DNA from: an uncultured Gammaproteobacteria bacterium
Lineage (GTDB): Bacteria; Pseudomonadota; Gammaproteobacteria; Steroidobacterales; Steroidobacteraceae
Reading direction: 5' to 3'
Assembly: GCA_963837755.1 (NCBI GenBank)
Contig: CAWIOP010000003.1
Coordinates: 659,705 to 723,704, forward strand
DNA: 64,000 nucleotides
Of the stretch, positions 57,930 to 64,000 are shown in pieces. The position numbers were made by a program, and so were the translations under genes. Numbering within the stretch: position 1 is the first letter of the stretch; the number at the start of each line of letters is the position of its first letter. The notes under the pieces were generated by a model that made no database searches, was not told the origin of the DNA, and saw only the letters and a list, made by a program, of their open reading frames with translations.

Positions 57930-59171
57930 ATGGGGAAGTTGCACACCGTTCGGGCCGCCGCGTTGGTGACGGCAGGGCTTCTGCTGTGGCTGCCGGGCGT
58001 GAGCCTCGGGCAGCAAACGAACATCGGCATCGCGCCAGTTGCGCTCACCCAGAATGCGTACGTCTTCGACACGGCCGAGCAACACAAGATCGGCGTAGTT
58101 GTCGTCGCGAAAGGGCTGAAGCATCCATTCGCCGTTGCACTGTTGCCGTCGGGCGACGCGCTCGTGTCGGAGCGCGGCGGCGCGCTTCGAATGGTTCGCA
58201 ACGTCGGCAGCAAGTCCCCATCGCTCGATGCTGAGCCGGTCTCGGGTATTCCCGCGCTCGAGCCGCCTTACCGCAACGGCGGCCTGCACGACCTGGCCCT
58301 GCACCCGCAGTTCGCGCAGAACAAGCTCGTGTATTTCACCTTCAACAAGGCCGGCAACCCACCGCCGCCGGATGCGAAACCGCCGGTCCGCCGCGAGAGC
58401 ATCGTCACGCTCATGCGCGGCAGGCTCAGCGGCAGCAAGCTCACGAACGTGGAAGAGCTGCTCGCCGGCGAATCGGGCAGCACCAGTGGCTCTCGCATCG
58501 CCTTCGGCAAAGACGGCACGGTCTACATGACCACCGGCGCGCCGTTCGGTGACCAGGGCCAGCGCCCGGACAACGTGTACGGCAAGGTTCTGCGCGTCAG
58601 CGATACCGGCAAGGTGCCGGCGGACAATCCCTTCGCCGCGCGCGAAGGCGCGCGGCCGGAAGTGTTCACGCTGGGCCACCGCGACCAGCTCGGGCTCACC
58701 GTGCATCCGGTAACGGGCGCGGTGCTTGCGGCCGAGCATGGCCCGAACGGTGGCGACGAGGTGAACCTGATTCTGCCCGGGCACAACTACGGCTGGCCGA
58801 AAGTCACTTTCGGCCGCACCTACGAAGGCCCGCGCATGACGGAGTCACCCATCGCGCCTGGCGTCGATGAGCCGCTGATTCTGTGGGTGCCGTCGATCGG
58901 CCCTTCCGGGCTTGCGTTCTATACCGGCGACCGGTTTCCGCAGTGGAAGGGAAATCTCTTCGTGGGCAGCGTGAGGCGTGGCGAAGTGCCACGCACCGGC
59001 GGGCTGGAGCGCGTGGTGGTGAACGACAAGCTGGAAGAGTTGCGGCGGGAGACGCTGCTGACCGAGCTGCACCAGCGCATCCGCGACGTGCGGCAGGGGC
59101 CGGACGGCCTCTTGTACGTGCTGACGGATGAGGACGACGGCGCGCTGCTGAGGATCGAGCCCGCCACGTAA
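57930..59171 (+). CDS. PQQ-dependent sugar dehydrogenase (soluble glucose/sorbosone dehydrogenase family)
   Basis: Signal peptide. GLHDLALHPQF, GSRIAFGKDG..Y, GHRDQLGL..HP, EHGPNGGDE.N, NYGWP are typical GSDH beta-propeller motifs. Confidence 0.88.
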   Translation: MGKLHTVRAAALVTAGLLLWLPGVSLGQQTNIGIAPVALTQNAYVFDTAEQHKIGVVVVAKGLKHPFAVALLPSGDALVSERGGALRMVRNVGSKSPSLDAEPVSGIPALEPPYRNGGLHDLALHPQFAQNKLVYFTFNKAGNPPPPDAKPPVRRESIVTLMRGRLSGSKLTNVEELLAGESGSTSGSRIAFGKDGTVYMTTGAPFGDQGQRPDNVYGKVLRVSDTGKVPADNPFAAREGARPEVFTLGHRDQLGLTVHPVTGAVLAAEHGPNGGDEVNLILPGHNYGWPKVTFGRTYEGPRMTESPIAPGVDEPLILWVPSIGPSGLAFYTGDRFPQWKGNLFVGSVRRGEVPRTGGLERVVVNDKLEELRRETLLTELHQRIRDVRQGPDGLLYVLTDEDDGALLRIEPAT

Positions 59172-59207
59172 GCTTGGCAAAACCGGCGACTTCACGCGCC
59201 GCGCGAA

Positions 59208-60062
59208 CTACTGAGGCGCCAGCAAGAGCCGCCGGTAGCTGTTCCAGTGGCGGATGGCGGCTCTTGGCATGCTGAGCTGCTGATAGAGGCGCGCCAGATT
59301 GAAGTGCGCATCCGCGAACTCGGCTTCCTGCGATATCGCGCGCTTGTAGGCGTCCACGGCTTCGAGCTCGCGCCCCATGTCTTCGAGCACGAGCGCGAGG
59401 TTGAAGAGCAGGTTGGGGTCTTCGTCGCCGCCGCGTGACCCGGCGTGATAAATCTCCTCTGCCTCGGCTGTGCGCTCTTCTGCATGGAGCAGGCGCCCGC
59501 AGTTGATGCGAGCGGCCACATTCGCGGGATCCGCGTTGAGGCATTGGCGGTAGGCCCGGATTGCGGCTTCGACGTCAGACTCCTCCAGACTCATGGCGCG
59601 TTCGAACAGCACGGTGGGGTCGACAGCGCCGTTGAGCGTGGCTTCAGCGGGCGGTTGCTCCAGTATTCCCGGAGTCGGACGGTCGAGAATCTCTACGGCG
59701 CCGTTGTTCACTCTGACCTCGAACTCGAGCAGATACTGGCCCGAAGGGGCGCGCCACGGGCCGCTCTCATCGCGAACCACCAGCTCCGTGCCGGATGCGC
59801 AGATTCGCAGCTTGCCACCGCGAGGCGCATCGGGAACTTCCTTTCGCAGTTGATGCAGCGCCTGTGAGATGCGCTTCGGCGACACGCGCGCCAGCATCAG
59901 CGCGCGCGCGGTACGCAAGGCGACCAGGTCCTGAAAGGAGAATTCGTACTGGCGGCGCCGGCCTCGGGTGGGCTCGACATAGCCGCCCCGGATCAGCGTG
60001 CGAATGGCGCTGCGCGGGATCTTCAGCACCCGCACAACGTCGTTCACCGAGAAGACATGCAT
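59208..60062 (-). CDS. MerR-type HTH protein fused to TPR repeats
   Basis: The N-terminus VFSVNDVVRVLKIPRSAIRTLIRGGYVEP...YEFSFQDLVALRTA is MerR/HTH_17-like. The C-terminal half has TPR-like repeats (AIRAYRQCLNADPAN, AVDAYKRAISQEAEFADAHFNLARLY). Confidence 0.75.
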   Translation of the reverse strand: MHVFSVNDVVRVLKIPRSAIRTLIRGGYVEPTRGRRRQYEFSFQDLVALRTARALMLARVSPKRISQALHQLRKEVPDAPRGGKLRICASGTELVVRDESGPWRAPSGQYLLEFEVRVNNGAVEILDRPTPGILEQPPAEATLNGAVDPTVLFERAMSLEESDVEAAIRAYRQCLNADPANVAARINCGRLLHAEERTAEAEEIYHAGSRGGDEDPNLLFNLALVLEDMGRELEAVDAYKRAISQEAEFADAHFNLARLYQQLSMPRAAIRHWNSYRRLLLAPQ

Positions 60063-60084
60063 GGCGGTCTTCTACGCGAAACCG

Positions 60085-60948
60085 TCAGCGGCGGGAAGAT
60101 CTCCGCGCCGAACCGGCGGCACGCTCGACGCGTTTTGCGGGCTTGCGGTCTGTCTTTTTCGCCGCGACCCGCGCGCCCGTGCCGAGGCTCGCGCGCAACG
60201 CGTCCATGAGGTCGATGACATTCGTCGACGTGTCGGGGCGCTCTTCCGCCAGCGTGAACTCCTTGCCTTCCACCTTTTGCTCGATGGCGGCTTCGATACG
60301 CTGCTTCACCTCGTCCACATGCTCCGCCGGGTCGAAGGTGTCGCTCGCCTGCTGCTCGATCAGCTGCCGGGCCAGCTTCAACTCCGCGTCCTTGACTGGC
60401 GCCGCTTCGATGCCAAGCTCGCCGATGGACCGCACCTCCGCGGCGAAGTGCAGCTGTTGCATGACGAGGCCCCCGTCCAGCGGCCGCAGCATGACGATGT
60501 GCTCGCGTCCGTGGCTCGCCCAGCGCCCCAGAGCGCACCGGCCCGCCTCGCGCAGGGCGGTAGCAAACAGGGTGTAGGGTTTTGCCCCGCCTTTGTCGGG
60601 CGCAAGGTAGTACGCGCGATCGAAATAGATGGGGTCGATCGATTCGAGCGGCACGAATTCCGAGACGTCGACCGAGTGCGAGCCGGCTTCTTCGAACGCC
60701 TTGATCTCTTCCGGCGTGAACATCACGTACTGGTTCTTGGCGAATTCATAGCCTTTGACGATCTCGGTGCGGTCCACCACCTTGCCTTCCTTCGCGCAGA
60801 CATACTGCTGCTTCAGGCGCGAGCCGTCCTTGGCGTGCAGCATGTTGAAGGAAAGGTGCCCCGTCGAGAGCGTGGCGGAATAGAGCTTGACCGGAATGGC
60901 GACGAGCCCGAAAGAGATGGTGAGCGATGCGATGGCGCGCGCGTCCAT
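60085..60948 (-). CDS. ku: Ku protein (NHEJ DNA-end binding)
   Basis: ISFGLVAIPVKLYSAT, EIVKGYEF.., YFDRAYYLAPD, and a basic C-terminal tail are canonical for bacterial Ku. Confidence 0.92.
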   Translation of the reverse strand: MDARAIASLTISFGLVAIPVKLYSATLSTGHLSFNMLHAKDGSRLKQQYVCAKEGKVVDRTEIVKGYEFAKNQYVMFTPEEIKAFEEAGSHSVDVSEFVPLESIDPIYFDRAYYLAPDKGGAKPYTLFATALREAGRCALGRWASHGREHIVMLRPLDGGLVMQQLHFAAEVRSIGELGIEAAPVKDAELKLARQLIEQQASDTFDPAEHVDEVKQRIEAAIEQKVEGKEFTLAEERPDTSTNVIDLMDALRASLGTGARVAAKKTDRKPAKRVERAAGSARRSSRR

Positions 60949-61138
60949 GGAGTGCCCTCATCTGGCCGACATTCTGGCTCTCAACGGTTCGATCGGTAAC
61001 AGGTTCCTTGCCGGCGGCTCGCATCCCATCGCGATCCGCGGTTTCGCGCCGATGAATGCCCCTTGATTTGTCGGCGTTTTACAACGACCGATCAGGCTGC
61101 GTGCGCATCCGCCGCCGGGCGGCTAACATTGCCCGGCC

Positions 61139-61933
61139 TTGAAACTCGCCGCCAACATCGGGTTGCTCTTCGCGGAGCTTCCCCCGCTCGAACGCATCGC
61201 GGCCGCGAAGTCCGCGGGTTTCGAGGGTGTGGAGCTTCTGTTTCCCTACGACCTCGATCCACACGCCGTTGGACGCGAGGCGGCGGCACACGGTATGCCC
61301 GTCGTGCAGCTCAACTCGCCGCCGGGCGATCGGGCATCGGGGCAGGTCGGCTTCGCTGCATTGCCTGGCATGGAGCCGCAGTTCCGCGAGAGCATTCGAA
61401 TCGCGTTCGAGTTCATGGCAGCCAGCGGCAGCTCGCAGCTTCACGTGGTCGCCGGCATTCCAGCGCCGGGCACCGACGCACAGCGGGTGCGCCAGACCTA
61501 TGTACGCAATCTTCAGTGGGTTGCGGACGAAGCGGCGGCAACCGGCGCACGCATCATGATCGAGCCGCTGAACAACCGGGACATGCCCGGCTACGCGCTT
61601 TCAACGCTCGCGCAGGCGGCCGAAGTGTTGAGCGAAGTATCCCGCCCCAACGTCGGGCTGCAGTTCGACCTGTATCACAGCCAGATCGCGGGCGGCGATC
61701 TCACGCACCGCCTGCGGCAGTTCGCTCCGTTGATACGCCACGTGCAGATCGCGGGCGCGCCGCTCAGAAACGAGCCGGACCGCGGCGAGGTCAACCTGCT
61801 TCAGGTGATGCGCGTGCTGGCTGAAGTTGGCTACGACGGGTGGATCAGCGCCGAGTATCGCCCGACGGGCGGCACGCGCGACAGCCTGGAATGGATGGCC
61901 GGCGTTCGCGAGGCGTTTACGCTTTCGCGTTGA
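61139..61933 (+). CDS. hyi: Hydroxypyruvate isomerase-like TIM-barrel (xylose isomerase-like) protein
   Basis: [19 protein letters not shown]...GF..VE, IEPLN, and HVQIAG are Hyi family patterns. TTG start. Confidence 0.8.
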   Translation: MKLAANIGLLFAELPPLERIAAAKSAGFEGVELLFPYDLDPHAVGREAAAHGMPVVQLNSPPGDRASGQVGFAALPGMEPQFRESIRIAFEFMAASGSSQLHVVAGIPAPGTDAQRVRQTYVRNLQWVADEAAATGARIMIEPLNNRDMPGYALSTLAQAAEVLSEVSRPNVGLQFDLYHSQIAGGDLTHRLRQFAPLIRHVQIAGAPLRNEPDRGEVNLLQVMRVLAEVGYDGWISAEYRPTGGTRDSLEWMAGVREAFTLSR

Positions 61934-62918
61934 TGCTATCGCGCACCGCCGCCGTGATGTCCAGCGAGCGCAAGCGCGCTTCGTGATTGTAGAAGTGGCC
62001 GGCGATCATCAACTCATCGGGCTTCGTGCGCGCCAGGAACTCGCGCAGGCCGCGTTCCACGGTGTCTGCCGAACCCACGAATGAGCAGGAGAGGGCATGC
62101 TCGACGCCCGCCTTCTCGCTCGCGGACCAGAAGCTTTCGATGTCGTCGATGGGTGGCGGCACCTGGCCGGGCCGGCCTCGGCGCAGGTTCAGGAACGCCT
62201 GCTGTAACGATGTGAACTGGCGGCGTGCTTCGGCATCGGTGTCGGCGGCGAACACGTTCACGGTGAGCATGGCATACGGGCGGTCGAGTTGTTCGGAGGG
62301 CTCGAATGTGGCGTGGTAGACCTCCAGGGCCCGCGTCATGTCGTCTGGCGCAAAGTGCGAAGCGAAGGCATGGGGCAGGCCGAGCAGGGCGGCGAGCTGG
62401 GCTCCATACAGACTGGATCCGAGAATCCACAGCGGCACTTTCAGCCCTTCGCCCGGAATCGCACGCAGCTGCTGCCCTTCCACGGCAGGGGCGAAGTACG
62501 CCTGCAGCTCCTGCACGTCGTGCGCAAATTGCTCGGCTCTCGTGGACAGATCTCGGCGTAACGCCCGAGCCGTGAGCGCGTCGGTGCCGGGCGCGCGACC
62601 CAGCCCGAGGTCGATGCGGTCGGGATACAGCGAGGCCAGCGTGCCGAACTGCTCCGCAATGACCAGCGGCGCGTGGTTCGGCAGCATTACCCCGCCCGAG
62701 CCCACTCGAATGCTCCTGGTGCCGCCCGCAACATAGCCGATGACAACAGCAGTGGCCGCGCTCGCGATGCCCTTCGTGTTGTGATGCTCGGCCAGCCAGA
62801 AGCGCCGGAACCCGAGCCTTTCGGCGTGTTGCGCGAGGTTCAGGGAATTTCGAAGTGCCTCGGCCGGGGTCGAGCCCTGCGCGACCGGGGCAAGATCGAG
62901 AACGGAGAACGGAATCAT
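61917..62918 (-). CDS. LLM-class (luciferase-like) flavin-dependent oxidoreductase
   Basis: [12 protein letters not shown]..., [18 protein letters not shown] are typical of the YhbW-like LLM family. ATG 62918 was chosen inside ORF 61917..63290. The 3' end overlaps hyi by 17 nt. Confidence 0.88.
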   Translation of the reverse strand: MIPFSVLDLAPVAQGSTPAEALRNSLNLAQHAERLGFRRFWLAEHHNTKGIASAATAVVIGYVAGGTRSIRVGSGGVMLPNHAPLVIAEQFGTLASLYPDRIDLGLGRAPGTDALTARALRRDLSTRAEQFAHDVQELQAYFAPAVEGQQLRAIPGEGLKVPLWILGSSLYGAQLAALLGLPHAFASHFAPDDMTRALEVYHATFEPSEQLDRPYAMLTVNVFAADTDAEARRQFTSLQQAFLNLRRGRPGQVPPPIDDIESFWSASEKAGVEHALSCSFVGSADTVERGLREFLARTKPDELMIAGHFYNHEARLRSLDITAAVRDSINAKA

Positions 62919-63001
62919 CTGTACCTCACCTTGCATGCGCCGAAGTCTCGACTGTGCCACGCGCGGCACCCGCCGGGCGCGCTCGACGTAGTCGTGCGAG
63001 G

Positions 63002-63205
63002 TCAGCTCGTCTTGCGCTTGCGCTTCGTTTTGGCTTTCTTGCGCGGCACCTTCGCGCCCGCCTTGCGCGCCTCGGACAAGCCGATGGCGATGGCCTGCTT
63101 GCGGCTCGTCACCTTGCGGCCGGAGCCGCTGCGCAGGGTTCCGCGCTTGCGCTCCGTCATGGCGCGTTTCACTTTCTTCGCGGCCGTCTTTCCGTAGCGA
63201 GCCAT
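63002..63205 (-). CDS. Small basic protein (DUF6496-like)
   Basis: 67 aa. [33 protein letters not shown] matches the conserved core I recall for DUF6496. Confidence 0.6.
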   Translation of the reverse strand: MARYGKTAAKKVKRAMTERKRGTLRSGSGRKVTSRKQAIAIGLSEARKAGAKVPRKKAKTKRKRKTS

Positions 63206-63332
63206 GGCGACTCCTTGTGTCGGGAGGGCAAAGGGGAAGCAGGGTTGGAGCAGGTTTCGTTCCGGAGGCTCGGCGGCGGCGCCGGCCCACCGCGTGCCCG
63301 GCTATGTCGCCGCCTCCGGCTTCGATGAGGGA

Positions 63333-64000
63333 TTAGTACGCATGCCCGCCGGCGCCCCAGTCTTCGTTGGCTCGCGAGATCACATAGGCGTGGATCGCTT
63401 CGACCTCTTCGGGCTTCAGCAGGCTTGCGAAACTCGCCATGCCTTTGTCCGCGCGAATGCCCTTCAGCACGATGTCGTTGAACGCGGCGTGCGCGTCGCG
63501 TGTCATTTGGCGCAGGTCTTTGACGCCGCCGACGGCGAGTTGCCCGTGACACTGCGCGCACGTGGCGCCAAACAGCTCAGCGCCGCGACGGACGACATCT
63601 TCGGTTGCGCGCAACGGCGGCGGGTCTGGGATGGGCGCGGCCGCAGCCAGCGCCGGAAGTTGTAGTTTGCCGCCGAGCTTGAACACCAGCAGCCGCGCCG
63701 ACGCGCGGTTCTGCTGTGCGCCAGCGCCGCGCTCAACCTGCGCAGCGCCGCCGCCCCAGCCGGCGTTAACGGCGATGTATTGCTCCCCGCCCGCGGTGAA
63801 CGTGATGGGCCCCGCCACCGGCGCACTCTGCACCGGCATCTCCCAAAGCTGTTTGCCGTCTGTGGCGCGAAAGATGGCGAACGTCTGGCGAGTGGTGCCT
63901 TCGATGACGAGATTGCCGGCAGTGGTGAGCACGCCGCCGTTGCCATGGCGGGGCAGCGGCACGCGCCACGCTTCTTTCTGCGTCACAGGGTTCCACGCTA
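63333..64000 (-). CDS. PQQ-dependent quinohaemoprotein alcohol dehydrogenase, C-terminal part (propeller end plus cytochrome c domain); 5' end lies outside the window
   Basis: ...GEQYIAVNAGWGGG... marks the propeller end. Haem motif CAQCH, then MASF.. (Met ligand region). The ORF is open to the window edge. Confidence 0.85.
   Translation of the reverse strand, partial: AWNPVTQKEAWRVPLPRHGNGGVLTTAGNLVIEGTTRQTFAIFRATDGKQLWEMPVQSAPVAGPITFTAGGEQYIAVNAGWGGGAAQVERGAGAQQNRASARLLVFKLGGKLQLPALAAAAPIPDPPPLRATEDVVRRGAELFGATCAQCHGQLAVGGVKDLRQMTRDAHAAFNDIVLKGIRADKGMASFASLLKPEEVEAIHAYVISRANEDWGAGGHAY

Overview
This is a 64-kb high-GC proteobacterial chromosome segment (about two-thirds G+C by eye, not computed). 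Its gene order is the classic gammaproteobacterial core layout, Xanthomonadales/Nevskiales-like: pcnB-folK-dNK-panB-panC and nnr-tsaE-amiB-mutL-miaA-hfq-hflX-hflK-hflC-yjeT-purA. I recognise about 60 protein genes and one tRNA-Glu(CUC). I see no rRNA, CRISPR, transposase or integrase. Most genes are housekeeping, envelope or stress genes. The NHEJ genes ligD and ku are both present but 9 kb apart. Five things stand out. (1) The whole 0.8-kb yeiH-ligD intergenic space is a nested foldback built from two inverted ~270-nt repeat copies. (2) A 5.5-kb accessory islet abuts the 3' end of tRNA-Glu. It holds three toxin-antitoxin-type loci (two decayed Xre/DUF2384-RES, one intact HigBA-like) around an exported PIG-L deacetylase / outer-membrane barrel / Ig-like module, and a 44-nt element is repeated upstream of both DUF2384 genes. 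(3) In two zones (9.74-14.9 kb and 43.9-45.2 kb) every gene, including purA, needs many frame switches. Isolated single frameshifts also hit mutL, an ECF-type sigma factor and an antitoxin. Indel errors in the sequence or assembly are the simplest explanation, so all pseudogene calls are provisional. (4) PcnB carries a ~165-aa acidic insertion. (5) ku sits 22 nt upstream of a co-oriented MerR-HTH/TPR gene. I did not find a convincing complete novel multi-gene system such as a defence system. The foldback and the tRNA-adjacent islet are the best candidates for something undescribed. Family names (DUF numbers etc.) are recalled from memory, not from searches.
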